The notes: generated from the letters alone by a model not told the origin. A stretch of 64,000 bases of DNA from Candidatus Collierbacteria bacterium (GCA_016183365.1 JACPES010000005.1:5895-69894); one strand, 5' to 3'; numbered from the stretch's first letter, positions 36,356 through 46,223 are shown. Numbers and translations are program-made.

Positions 36356-36788
36356 GCGGGGCGTGGCAATCTAAAGTCATTGCGAGCGACCGGAGGGAGC
36401 GCGGCAATCTAAAAATTTGATGCAAGAACAGTCCTTCTGTGTTTATTTGATGAGCAATCCCGGCAGAACGGTACTTTATACCGGTGTAACCCGAAACTTG
36501 ATAAAACGGGTATGGCAACATAAAGAGAAAGTCGCTGATGGTTTTACCAAGAAATACAATGTTACCGATATGGTCTATTACGAAATCCTTGATTCACCGA
36601 TTGAAGCAATCGAACGCGAAAAGCAAATTAAGAGTTGGTCGAGAAAAAGGAAAAATCGCTTGGTAGAAGCGGAAAATTCTTCATGGAAAGATTTATACGA
36701 TGAAATCGTATCATGGTGAGTAATGCAAGAGGGATGACGCTAAAGCGTCAGATTGCCACGCCCCGCCGGTAGCGGGGCTCGCAATGAC
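36344..36788. mobile_element. GIY-YIG gene cassette bounded by ~39-bp terminal inverted repeats
   Basis: Left GTCATTGCGAGCCCCGCCGTAGGCGGGGCGTGGCAATCT (36344-36382, plus a second partial tandem copy 36377-36410). Right AGATTGCCACGCCCCGCCGGTAGCGGGGCTCGCAATGAC (36750-36788) is its reverse complement. Confidence 0.65.
36417..36719 (+). CDS. GIY-YIG nuclease family protein (YhbQ/Slx1-like small form)
   Basis: FCVYLMSNPGRTVLYTGVTRNLIKRVWQHKE is a GIY-YIG motif; 100 aa. Confidence 0.7.
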   Translation: MMQEQSFCVYLMSNPGRTVLYTGVTRNLIKRVWQHKEKVADGFTKKYNVTDMVYYEILDSPIEAIEREKQIKSWSRKRKNRLVEAENSSWKDLYDEIVSW

Positions 36789-36797
36789 GATACTTCT

Positions 36798-37094
36798 CTA
36801 GGCTTTTTCAACCAATTCATAGGCCTTTTCTTCTGTCAGCTTATCTAAATTAATTCCCCGCTTTTTGGCCCAGCGGCGGCCGACTTTTTTGCCTGCTGCC
36901 ATCATTCGGTCAAACCGCAGCCTCCACATTTTCTCTTTTGCCTGCTCGGTTTCCAGAATTCGTCTATAAGACAGCAGTACCGCTTCCGGGACGCTATCTC
37001 GAACAATTACTACCGAAGTATCCTGTTGGGAAACATCGGCCACTAATCTGCTCAAGTTATTTCTGGCATCGGTGATACTGACTATCTGTTGCAT
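36798..37094 (-). CDS. Phd/YefM-family antitoxin (no cognate toxin adjacent)
   Basis: N-terminal ISITDARNNLSRLVADV...VVIVRDSVPEAVLLSY matches the Phd/YefM pattern. Confidence 0.55.
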   Translation of the reverse strand: MQQIVSITDARNNLSRLVADVSQQDTSVVIVRDSVPEAVLLSYRRILETEQAKEKMWRLRFDRMMAAGKKVGRRWAKKRGINLDKLTEEKAYELVEKA

Positions 37095-37292
37095 ACAACG
37101 TACATTGTAAACGACAATAATAATTTGTCAAGAAGATAAATTTCGGAATATATCGTAACGAAGCCAAATCCCTACGAGTCGGTGATTGACGTGACCGGAC
37201 TGGGCCGATAAGCAATCGGCACCATTTCGGCGGGTGTCAAATTTTTAATTTACTTCTTGTGAGTTAACCGGCCAACTTTTATAATCCTGCCC

Positions 37293-39665
37293 ATGGACAG
37301 AAGGCGCCGCCGCGTTGGTTTTGACGTAGATGTTTTTTCCGGATTCAGGTTATTAGGTAAACCCCTTTATTACTTTCTATTTTTGGCGCTGCCATCCGGC
37401 ATTCTTTTAATTACCAGTCTTGCCGCTAGACTAAAAACTAATTCCCAAAAATATTCAAAAGGGGCCATCAGGAAAACCCGCAAGACTGCCAAACGGCTTG
37501 GTTTTCCAAAAATTGTTATTCCAAAAATTTCATTGCCGCCTATATCGATTTTCTATGCCGCAATTTTTTTATCTATTATTGGCATTCTATGGATGTTTTA
37601 TTTTTATATCTTCAAAGATCTTCCCACCCCTTATGATTTAAAAAAACACCAGCCAAAACTCAGTACCCATATTTTGGACCGCAATGAACAAGAGCTGTAT
37701 AAAATCTATAAGGACGAAAACCGGTCATTGATAAAAATAGATGAGCTCCCGTCATACTTAATTGACGCTACGGTTTCTATCGAAGATAAAGAATTTTGGA
37801 ATCATGCGGGTTTTTCACCCACTGGCATCATTCGAGCAATTTACCACAATTGGTTTATCTCCTTAGCCCTTAGCCCTAGACCCTCGACTCTTGCTACGCA
37901 GGGCGGATCTACCATCACCCAACAGCTAATAAAAAATACATTGTTAACTCCGGAAAAAACTATAAGACGAAAGGTGCGAGAATTAATTCTGTCCGTATGG
38001 GTAGAACGGGTATTTTCTAAAAAAGAAATTTTGGAAATGTATCTTAACGAAGTAAGCTTTGGCGGCACGGCTTACGGAATCCAGGAAGCCTCACAACAGT
38101 ATTTCGGAAAGAATGCCGTCTCCTTATCACTGGCTGAAGCCGCTTTATTAGCCGGTTTACCGGCCGCTCCGACCGCCTATTCTCCTTTCGGAATCAACCA
38201 AGGAAAAGCTAAAGAACGACAAGCCGATGTTTTAAGGAGGATGGCAGAAGACAAAAATATTTCTGCGGAATCAGCGGAAGAAGCCCTAAGGGAAGAACTT
38301 AAATTTTCCCAAAATTCGACCAATATTAAAGCCCCGCATTTTGTGATGTACGTCCGCGACTGGTTGGCTTCAAAGTTTGGAGAGGATATGGTAAACAACG
38401 GCGGCCTTAAAGTTATTACCACTCTTGATCTGGATTTACAGGAATTTGTTCAAAAAACGGTAACTGACGAAGTAGCCAGCCTAAAAAAATTAAAGGTTAC
38501 CAATGGAGCGGCGTTAGTGACTGATCCTAAAAGCGGGGAAATCTTGAGCCTGGTAGGTTCCCAAAATTATTTCGACTTTCAACATGACGGTCAAGTCAAC
38601 GTTGTTTTCCGTCCGCGCCAACCGGGATCGTCCATTAAGCCCATAATGTACGCTGCGGCATTCCAGAAAGGTTTTACCCCGGCCTCGGTGATTCTCGACG
38701 CCCCGATATCTTTTTCAACTCCCGGTTCTAAACCATACAGTCCGGTTAATTACGATGGTAAATTTCATGGCCCGATCCCAATTAGGACCGCTTTAGCCAG
38801 TTCTTACAATGTTCCGGCAGTTAAAGTTCTGTCAACTATCGGAGTTAATATTATGATAGATCAAGGAGAAGCCATGGGGATAAACACCTGGGGCGACAGA
38901 AAAAGGTTTGGTTTATCGCTGACTTTGGGTGGCGGAGAAATTACCATGGCAGATATGGCGGAAGCATACGGAACGATAGCAAATTATGGGGTCTATGTTC
39001 CGCTAAATCCAATACTCAAAGTTGAAAATAGTCAGGGAAAAGTGTTGTTTCAGAAAACTCCGAATAGTCAGAATGTCGGAACGTCAGACAGTCAGACAGT
39101 CGGAAATTCTGATTCTCAGATTTTTCCGAGTATTCCGAACAGGGCTATGCCCGCCGGAGTAGCTTTTCAATTAATTGATATCTTGTCTGACCCGATCGCC
39201 CGAGCTCCGGCATTCGGGACCAGATCAGTCTTAAATATCCCTGGCCATCAGGTGGCGGTTAAAACCGGCACTACCAATAATCTTCGGGACAACTGGACAT
39301 TCGGCTTTACGACTGACTTCGTAGTATCTGCCTGGGTGGGCAATAACGATAATTCTCCGATGAGCTATATTGCTTCCGGAATTACCGGGGCATCTCCGAT
39401 TTGGTCAAGAATTACCCAAGGCATTTTAAGCCAGAGAAAAACTCCGCACGTCTTTCCCCAACCCCAAGATTTAGTGACTATAAAAATCTGCGCTCTAACC
39501 GGACAATTAGCATGCGAAGATTGTCCGGTCCGGGAAGAATTTTTTATTCCCGGGACTGAACCCAAAACCGCCTGCCGTCCGGAGACGATCGATGAAATCA
39601 GACGCAAACAGGAAGAATCAAAAAATAAAGACCGGATTCTGGATGGGGCTGCCTCCAGACGCTAA
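37293..39665 (+). CDS. class A penicillin-binding protein paralog
   Basis: EDKEFWNHAGF, GGSTITQQLIK; SIKP, SYN, KTGT. Contains an ~80-bp in-frame repeat (39061-39140). Confidence 0.85.
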   Translation: MDRRRRRVGFDVDVFSGFRLLGKPLYYFLFLALPSGILLITSLAARLKTNSQKYSKGAIRKTRKTAKRLGFPKIVIPKISLPPISIFYAAIFLSIIGILWMFYFYIFKDLPTPYDLKKHQPKLSTHILDRNEQELYKIYKDENRSLIKIDELPSYLIDATVSIEDKEFWNHAGFSPTGIIRAIYHNWFISLALSPRPSTLATQGGSTITQQLIKNTLLTPEKTIRRKVRELILSVWVERVFSKKEILEMYLNEVSFGGTAYGIQEASQQYFGKNAVSLSLAEAALLAGLPAAPTAYSPFGINQGKAKERQADVLRRMAEDKNISAESAEEALREELKFSQNSTNIKAPHFVMYVRDWLASKFGEDMVNNGGLKVITTLDLDLQEFVQKTVTDEVASLKKLKVTNGAALVTDPKSGEILSLVGSQNYFDFQHDGQVNVVFRPRQPGSSIKPIMYAAAFQKGFTPASVILDAPISFSTPGSKPYSPVNYDGKFHGPIPIRTALASSYNVPAVKVLSTIGVNIMIDQGEAMGINTWGDRKRFGLSLTLGGGEITMADMAEAYGTIANYGVYVPLNPILKVENSQGKVLFQKTPNSQNVGTSDSQTVGNSDSQIFPSIPNRAMPAGVAFQLIDILSDPIARAPAFGTRSVLNIPGHQVAVKTGTTNNLRDNWTFGFTTDFVVSAWVGNNDNSPMSYIASGITGASPIWSRITQGILSQRKTPHVFPQPQDLVTIKICALTGQLACEDCPVREEFFIPGTEPKTACRPETIDEIRRKQEESKNKDRILDGAASRR
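39061..39140. repeat. short copy of the palindromic TIR element in PBP gene 2
   Basis: GTCAGAATGTCGGAACGTCAGACAGTCAGACAGTCGGAAATTCTGATTCTCAGATTTTTCCGAGTATTCCGAAC. Confidence 0.65.
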
Positions 39666-39838
39666 ATTATTCACCCCCCTTAAGGTAAAAAAATAAAGAC
39701 ACCAAAAGAGTAACTATAAATAAAAACAATCCGGCCCACCTTGGACCGGAGGTTTCTTTAGCTCTTTTTCTTCTATTACTGGCCCGATCCGACAACTTAA
39801 GCTCCACCTGTTGTCTCCTGACCAGCTTTAAATTATTA

Positions 39839-40543
39839 TTATCTTTTAGGCCATCCATACTTTAACCTTTCTTTGGCTAATCTGACAATCTTGTCAACCA
39901 CTTCTGCAATCGTCATATCGCTGGTATCGATTGCGACGGCGCCGGCGGCCTTTTTTAGCGGCCGGAGGGGCCGAGTGATATCTTGATTATCCCTGTCGAT
40001 TAATTCTTTCAGAACTTGATTAAAAATCGGGTTTAAGCCGCGAGCTATTAACTCTTGACGCCGCCTTTTGGCCCTGATTTCAGGCGCGGCGGTGAGAAAA
40101 ATCTTTAATTGGGCGTCAGGAATGACAAAAGTGCCAATGTCCCGACCCTCCATAACAACATTTTGATTTTTGGCTAACAATCTTTGAATTTCAGTCAGAT
40201 AATCGCGGACGCAAAGATATTTGCTTACTAATGAGGATCCGCGGCTACTTTCTTCGGAGCGAATTTCCCAGGAGACATCTTTCCCTTCCAAAATAACGGT
40301 ACATAGCCGGCCATCTTGTTCGTTTTCGGTCGGAGGACGCAATTCCAATTTAGGGGTTAGTTTTTCGATCAAAGAACAAACTGCCGCCTCATCGGTTTTG
40401 TTAACTCTATCCCAATCGCATAAAACTGAAATAGCCCTATACATGGCTCCGGTGTCAACGTAAAGAAAGCCTAATTTTTCGGCGACTTGCTTGGCGATTG
40501 TCCCCTTCCCGGCAGCGATGGGCCCATCAATAGCAATCTGCAT
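39839..40543 (-). CDS. cmk: cytidylate kinase
   Basis: IAIDGPIAAGKGT, DTGAMYRA, GRDIGTFV, KIFLTAAPEIRAKRR. Confidence 0.8.
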   Translation of the reverse strand: MQIAIDGPIAAGKGTIAKQVAEKLGFLYVDTGAMYRAISVLCDWDRVNKTDEAAVCSLIEKLTPKLELRPPTENEQDGRLCTVILEGKDVSWEIRSEESSRGSSLVSKYLCVRDYLTEIQRLLAKNQNVVMEGRDIGTFVIPDAQLKIFLTAAPEIRAKRRRQELIARGLNPIFNQVLKELIDRDNQDITRPLRPLKKAAGAVAIDTSDMTIAEVVDKIVRLAKERLKYGWPKR

Positions 40544-40601
40544 AAAGGGAATTTTACCACGGATTTATTAACCCCGGTGTAAAGCATCAGATACTTTACA
40601 C

Positions 40602-41567
40602 TTATACCGGATTAACGGGAGGTTTACCGGAAAGTACGGTCAAAACATTTTCCACCGCAATTTTGGTCATTTCCTCTCTGGCCTCAATCGTAGCTGAACC
40701 GATATGAGGCGTCATAATAATATTGGGCAGCTTAGTCATCTTCCACCAAGTAGAGTCATCTGCTAATCCGGTTTCATTTTCATAGACGTCAATAGCCGCT
40801 CCCCAAATTCGCCTATTCACCAAGGCTTCATATAACGCTGCCTCATTTATCACCGGTCCCCTGGAAGTATTGATTAAAATAGCCGATGGTTTCATTAAAT
40901 CTAACTGATCCTTCCCGATCATATGCCTGGTTTTCGGCGTCAAAGGCACGTGCAGACTAATCACATCAACTTCAGACAACAACTGTGGAAGCTTCTCAAA
41001 CCTCCAGCCAGGAACCGCTGCCTCCGGCTTTTCTGACCGGGCGGTGTAGACCACTTTCATTCCCAAAACCGAATCAGCCAGCCGGGCAGTCGCCAGTCCT
41101 ATAGTCCCCAAGCCGACGATGCCAATAGTTTTCTCCGACAAATCCAGTCCCAGAAACAAGCTCGGATCCCAGGCCGTGTAGTTTCCTTCCCGCATCCATT
41201 TATCCGACTCCACGATCCTTCTGGACAACGCCAAAATCAAGGCAATAGTCAACTCGGCGACTGAATCGCCTAAATGGCTGGGGGTATTGGTAACGGCAAT
41301 ATTTTTTTGAGAAGCGGCGTCTAGATCTATATTGTCAAAGCCAACGGCATAATTGGCGACAATTTTAAGATCCGGACCGGCCTTGTCAAAAAATTCAGAG
41401 TCCATTTTTTCCGTCAGCATCGGAATTACCGCGCTGGTTCCGGCTGTTTTTTTTAATAAAATATCACGGGGAATTATCCCCGGCCCTGGCCAAATTTCGA
41501 CCTCATGGATTTTTTTCAATTCTTCAAGCGCTTTCCCCGGAATTTGTCTGGTAATAAAAATCTTCAT
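40602..41567 (-). CDS. D-isomer-specific 2-hydroxyacid dehydrogenase (glyoxylate/hydroxypyruvate reductase-like)
   Basis: NAD-binding GIVGLGTIG and catalytic R/E/H region (NTSRGPVI...MTPHIGSAT). Confidence 0.75.
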   Translation of the reverse strand: MKIFITRQIPGKALEELKKIHEVEIWPGPGIIPRDILLKKTAGTSAVIPMLTEKMDSEFFDKAGPDLKIVANYAVGFDNIDLDAASQKNIAVTNTPSHLGDSVAELTIALILALSRRIVESDKWMREGNYTAWDPSLFLGLDLSEKTIGIVGLGTIGLATARLADSVLGMKVVYTARSEKPEAAVPGWRFEKLPQLLSEVDVISLHVPLTPKTRHMIGKDQLDLMKPSAILINTSRGPVINEAALYEALVNRRIWGAAIDVYENETGLADDSTWWKMTKLPNIIMTPHIGSATIEAREEMTKIAVENVLTVLSGKPPVNPV

Positions 41568-42544
41568 AAGTGAGTCAAACCTTTCTTTGCCCCAATAAAC
41601 TTAACTACATTCGCCGCCTGTTTTTTCCCCAATTCAACAGATTCTTCAATTGATTTCCCTCTCATAAATCCGACCACAAACCCAGAACCGAAAGCGTCGC
41701 CGGCGCCGGTAGAATCAACCATTTTGGTTTTAATTCCTTTATACCAGAAGCAATTTCCATTGTGACAAATCCGCCCTCCCCTTTTACCGTCGGTGATTAC
41801 CAAAATCGTTTCCGGCAAAATAGGGCAATGGTCAGCTTTCCAAACCGTTTCATCAATATAATTAACGCCAAAAAATTCTGTGGCTTCTTGACGATTCAAT
41901 TGCAAAACCTTGACGGCGTCTATTAAGGCCTGGCCTTGTCCAAACAATCCAGACAAGAATCCAGACAAGGCCAGGCCTTTTCTGACAACAGCAATTTCGG
42001 CTACACCAGGATTCCAGAAAACCTTCCTTTCCTTCTCCTTTCCCCAAACCAAAACTTTTTCCACTAATTCCATATCCCCGCCGACGCTGGTTAAATAAAT
42101 CCAACCCCCGGGCTTTAAAATCATTCCCAATTTGTCAAACGGAATATCACCGGCGATCAACATTTTTGAAGCCCCACGATAGGTAACAATCGAATTCTTT
42201 CCCTCGCTGGACAATAAAATTACCGATACGGCCGTAGTCTCGTTTTCTTCCTGAGTAACAAAAGACCGATCCAAACCCTCACGTTCAAGTTCAATTAAAA
42301 TTGTTGCTGACGCCGGGTCTTTGCCTATTTCAATAATCGGCGCCGCCTGAAAACCGTTTCTGGCAAAAGCCACCGCTGAATTGGTCGCGCCGCCGCCACT
42401 GGTCATCACTAATTCCTGGGCTTCGATCTTACCTTCATATTTCTCGCAAAGATAAACGCCCCGCTCGTGGTGATCAATCTTAAATTGGTCTGATTTTAGG
42501 AAAATATCCAATGTCGCCGAGCCGATGGAAACCACATCAAGCAT
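41564..42544 (-). CDS. PfkB-family carbohydrate kinase (ribokinase-like)
   Basis: C-terminal DSTGAGDAFGSGFV motif and N-terminal GGGATN. Confidence 0.7.
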   Translation of the reverse strand: MLDVVSIGSATLDIFLKSDQFKIDHHERGVYLCEKYEGKIEAQELVMTSGGGATNSAVAFARNGFQAAPIIEIGKDPASATILIELEREGLDRSFVTQEENETTAVSVILLSSEGKNSIVTYRGASKMLIAGDIPFDKLGMILKPGGWIYLTSVGGDMELVEKVLVWGKEKERKVFWNPGVAEIAVVRKGLALSGFLSGLFGQGQALIDAVKVLQLNRQEATEFFGVNYIDETVWKADHCPILPETILVITDGKRGGRICHNGNCFWYKGIKTKMVDSTGAGDAFGSGFVVGFMRGKSIEESVELGKKQAANVVKFIGAKKGLTHL

Positions 42545-42566
42545 GAGTCTATGCTATCAAAATAAA

Positions 42567-43004
42567 CTAAGAGATAGAAGTAGGAAGTAAAACTTTAATG
42601 TCTTTCATTGGAAAGTCTTTGTAATTTCTTGTGACCAAAGTTAGATTGTACAATTTAGCTGTAGCGGCGATAAAACAAGCTAATAAGTAAACGCGTTTTT
42701 TCTTGCGGGCAAAATCTTTTCGATACTTCCCGGCGATTTCCGCCACAACTTGATCGACTGCTAACGCTCCGAATCTGCTGACTAGTAAATCCAATTTTTC
42801 TTTCTCGATCACAGAAGCCTTGCTGACTATCTCGGCAACGGTCACCGCAGACAGGGCAATTTCTCCACTTTCAATCCAAGATTTAACTCGTGAAGCGATT
42901 GGCTCTTCTCCGTGGAAAGCCTCCAGCATCACGTTGGTATCTAATAGATATTTAGGGGCGGTGCCGATCTTCATCTTTTCGCAATTTCCTTTGCCACTCG
43001 CCAA
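42567..43004 (-). CDS. vapC: PIN-domain toxin VapC
   Basis: KYLLDTNVMLEAF PIN motif; paired with a small upstream ORF. Confidence 0.6.
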   Translation of the reverse strand: MASGKGNCEKMKIGTAPKYLLDTNVMLEAFHGEEPIASRVKSWIESGEIALSAVTVAEIVSKASVIEKEKLDLLVSRFGALAVDQVVAEIAGKYRKDFARKKKRVYLLACFIAATAKLYNLTLVTRNYKDFPMKDIKVLLPTSIS

Positions 43005-43239
43005 TATTTTTTACGTTTTTCCATCCGCTTTTCGACTTGGGGACACTGCCTATCACCGTTTGGGCTATCAATTTAAGATCGTTCCTTTCCACGTCTTCAA
43101 TCGCCATTCTCAGAACCGCAGCTCGTCGAAGATATTCGCTGAGACTTTCGTTCGATATGGTACTCCGCGTCTCTACCAACTTCTTTAACGCCGGTGACAA
43201 AGATATCTGGGTTCTGGTGGGGTAAATCGCCGTATTCAT
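42952..43239 (-). CDS. putative RHH-type antitoxin (VapB-like)
   Basis: 95-aa ORF upstream of, and overlapping, the PIN gene; SLSEYLRRAAVLRM is RHH-like. Confidence 0.45.
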   Translation of the reverse strand: MNTAIYPTRTQISLSPALKKLVETRSTISNESLSEYLRRAAVLRMAIEDVERNDLKLIAQTVIGSVPKSKSGWKNVKNIGEWQRKLRKDEDRHRP

Positions 43240-43354
43240 AATGATGTAATGTTAATACATCATTATATTGAAGTCAAGACACATTATTGGCGTTGTTTTA
43301 GTAAAATAAAACAAACTGCAATCGCTCTGATATTTCATCCCAATTAATCATTTT

Positions 43355-44170
43355 TTAATCAAACAATATTTTAGCTATTTGTTTGGCGAATTCGACAGGA
43401 TTGGGGCGCTGCCAGATGTTGCGGCCCACGGCCATGCCGGCGGCGCCGGCGGCTTTGACTACTTTCGCCAATTGAAGTACTTGATCGTCTGGAATTTTTG
43501 AGCCGCCACTAATAAAAACTTTACACTTGCCGGCATTTTGGATTATCCAGCCAAGATTTTTAATGTCCTGGTCTTGGTTATCGCCAAGAGTAAATTGGAG
43601 TTTGACGGCGTCGGCACCAAGCTCTAATGCCAACCGAGCGGCATACGCCAATTTTTCCGGATCGTGAGGATTGATAATATGTTCTCCCCGTAAATAAAAC
43701 CAGCCGATAGTCGGAATTCCTTTTTGATTGCATTCCCTGACAACCCTGCCAAAAGTTTCCGTCATTTCGGCCTCGCGTTCACTGCCAACGTAAACCGTGT
43801 AACCAACGCCGCTTGCCCCCAACCCCAAAGCCTCATCAACCGAACATAACAATGGCGCGAATGGTTCTTCGCCGACATGAAAAGCGGTCTTGCCGTTGAG
43901 TTTTATTATTAACGGCGGCAAATCATTGCTTTTTGCTTCTTGCTTCTTGCTTCTTGGATAATATCTCTCCGCTATTCCCTTTTGAAAAATGACTCCGGTA
44001 AAAACCCCGGATTTCTTGGCAATATCTAAAATATATGCCGGATCAACGTTTTTAGCGTTAAAATCGCTCGGCCCATGCTCAAAACCCTGATCATAAGCCA
44101 AAAACAAGCCGTGATTATTTCTTAAAAATTTATCCACTTTGAAAGAACAAAAAGCAAAAAACGGAATCAA
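43355..44170 (-). CDS. class I fructose-bisphosphate aldolase, archaeal DhnA type
   Basis: LAYDQGFEHGP, Schiff-base region VKLQF, and DhnA-family length. Contains an in-frame (TGCTTCT)n-derived insertion. Confidence 0.65.
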   Translation of the reverse strand: MIPFFAFCSFKVDKFLRNNHGLFLAYDQGFEHGPSDFNAKNVDPAYILDIAKKSGVFTGVIFQKGIAERYYPRSKKQEAKSNDLPPLIIKLNGKTAFHVGEEPFAPLLCSVDEALGLGASGVGYTVYVGSEREAEMTETFGRVVRECNQKGIPTIGWFYLRGEHIINPHDPEKLAYAARLALELGADAVKLQFTLGDNQDQDIKNLGWIIQNAGKCKVFISGGSKIPDDQVLQLAKVVKAAGAAGMAVGRNIWQRPNPVEFAKQIAKILFD

Positions 44171-44184
44171 TTGTTTTTTGTTTT

Positions 44185-45216
44185 TTACTTTACCACTTCC
44201 AACACAGACTTGAAAATATTTTCCGCCGTCATTTCATACCTTTCCAATAATTCTCCCGCCTCTCCTGATTCTCCGAAACAATCCTTCATCCCGACTCTTT
44301 TTATCGGGACAGGACAAAATTCAGACAAAACTTCAGCCACCGCCCCACCCAAACCTCCTGTAATCTGATGTTCTTCCACCGTCACCACCCGGCCGGTTTT
44401 GCGGGCGGATTTGACGATGGTCTGGACATCGAGCGGCTTAATGGTGGAAACGTTGATAACTTCTGCAGAAAGTGGACTACTAAAATGGTTAGAATGGCTA
44501 GAATGGTCAAAATGGCTAGAAGCCCGCAACTTATCTTTATAACCATTTAAGCCATTTAAACCATTGTAACCATTTTGTAGCGCTTCTGCCGCTTTTATCG
44601 CCTCATACACCAACGGCCCGCAAGCCACAATTGTAACGTCTGTTCCTTCTTTCAATATTTCGGCTTTTCCGATCCGAAAAGGGATATCGCGATGGCAAAA
44701 AACTGGCGTTTTTTCCCGAGTCAGGCGAATGTAAATCGGACCCTTGTTTTCCGCCGCCGCTAGGGTTGCCGCCCGGGCCTGATTATAATCGGCCGGAACC
44801 AGAACTGTCATATTCGGCAACACCCGAGCCAAAGCGATATCTTCCAATCCTTGATGGGTAGCCCCGTCCGGCCCATTAGATAAGCCGGAATGCCCGCCGA
44901 TGATTTTGACATTAAGATTTGCATAACAAATTGAAGCCCTAATCTGCTCCCAATTCCTCCCCGGATTAAAAACTGCAAAACTGGTTATAAAAGGAATAAA
45001 TCCCTCTGCCGCCAGCCCGGCGGCAATTCCGGCCATATTCTGCTCGGCTACTCCGACTTGAATAAATCGATCCGGAAATTGTTTGGCAAAATCAGTTACC
45101 TTCAAACTTTCACCTAAATCCGCCGTTAAAACCACCACTTGACGGTCGGTTTTCCCCAATTCCACCAAAGCCTCTCCAAAACCGTCTCTTGTCGCTTTCA
45201 TATCATTACTTTTCAT
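44185..45216 (-). CDS. transketolase C-terminal subunit (pyrimidine-binding + C-terminal domains)
   Basis: GVAEQNMAGIAAGLA, PDGATHQGLEDIA; with an in-frame NGYNGLNGLNGYK...HSSHSNH repeat-derived insert. Confidence 0.8.
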   Translation of the reverse strand: MKSNDMKATRDGFGEALVELGKTDRQVVVLTADLGESLKVTDFAKQFPDRFIQVGVAEQNMAGIAAGLAAEGFIPFITSFAVFNPGRNWEQIRASICYANLNVKIIGGHSGLSNGPDGATHQGLEDIALARVLPNMTVLVPADYNQARAATLAAAENKGPIYIRLTREKTPVFCHRDIPFRIGKAEILKEGTDVTIVACGPLVYEAIKAAEALQNGYNGLNGLNGYKDKLRASSHFDHSSHSNHFSSPLSAEVINVSTIKPLDVQTIVKSARKTGRVVTVEEHQITGGLGGAVAEVLSEFCPVPIKRVGMKDCFGESGEAGELLERYEMTAENIFKSVLEVVK

Positions 45217-46156
45217 AGATCCCCGGAAATCCTTCCCCCAATGTCCTTAGCCGATTAAGTTCTGCCAAAGCCTCTACCGCCTGACCCTTTTCCATCGGCG
45301 GAATCCCATGCCAATTTGGCATATTTTCCATAAATGCAACGCCTTTTCCCGGAATAGTATTGGCCATAATCCACACTGGCTTTCGATGGATACTTAAATC
45401 AAAATCTAAAGCATTTGAAATCTCCTGAAAATTGTGACCATTGATAGACAAAACATGGAAACCAAACGCTCCCAGTTTTTCCGCCAGTGGTTCCAATGGC
45501 ATTATTTCTTCTGTGAATCCGCCGATTTGGATATGATTTCTATCGGTAATAAAAGTCAGATGATCCAAATTATTTTTGGAAGCGAACATCGCCGCTTCCC
45601 AAGTTTGCCCTTCCTGTAACTCGGCATCGGAGGTGAAACAAATGACACGGGGGAGATGAACAAGAGAATGGCTAGAATGGTTAGAATGGCTATAAAGGTT
45701 TTTTTCTTTCTGACCATTTAAACCATTGTAACCATTTTTAACCATTTCCTGTTTTTTTCTCACCGCCATCGCTACTCCGACTGCCGTGCTCACTCCCTGA
45801 CCCAATGGACCGGAAGTATTTTCTATCCCCGGGGCGCTTCTGAAATGCGGATGACCTTGTAGTCTGGAATTAATCTTTCTAAAAGTCAGCAGTTCTTCTT
45901 TCGGAAAATAACCGGCATGAGCTAAAGCCGCATACCACACCGGACAAATATGACCATTGGATAATATAATTCTATCCCGATTTTCATCCCACGGATTTTT
46001 CGGATCAAGATTCAGCTTACCCCCGAAATAAACAGCGGTAAATACATCCGCCATTCCCAAAGATCCGGCAGAATGACCGGAACCGGCGGAGACAAGCATT
46101 TTAATTACGTCTTGTCTAATTTCGTTGGCCTTGTCTTGGAGTTCTTCGAGAGTCAT
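45206..46156 (-). CDS. transketolase N-terminal subunit (TPP-binding)
   Basis: GHSAGSLGMADV, ILSNGH, GPLGQG; with an in-frame NGYNGLNGQ...HSNHSSHS insert. Confidence 0.8.
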   Translation of the reverse strand: MTLEELQDKANEIRQDVIKMLVSAGSGHSAGSLGMADVFTAVYFGGKLNLDPKNPWDENRDRIILSNGHICPVWYAALAHAGYFPKEELLTFRKINSRLQGHPHFRSAPGIENTSGPLGQGVSTAVGVAMAVRKKQEMVKNGYNGLNGQKEKNLYSHSNHSSHSLVHLPRVICFTSDAELQEGQTWEAAMFASKNNLDHLTFITDRNHIQIGGFTEEIMPLEPLAEKLGAFGFHVLSINGHNFQEISNALDFDLSIHRKPVWIMANTIPGKGVAFMENMPNWHGIPPMEKGQAVEALAELNRLRTLGEGFPGIYEK

Positions 46157-46223
46157 AATTAAGAAATCTAAGTCTGTGCTAATCGATCCTAATCTACGAA
46201 TCCTTAAATATTCGGATCGCGAT

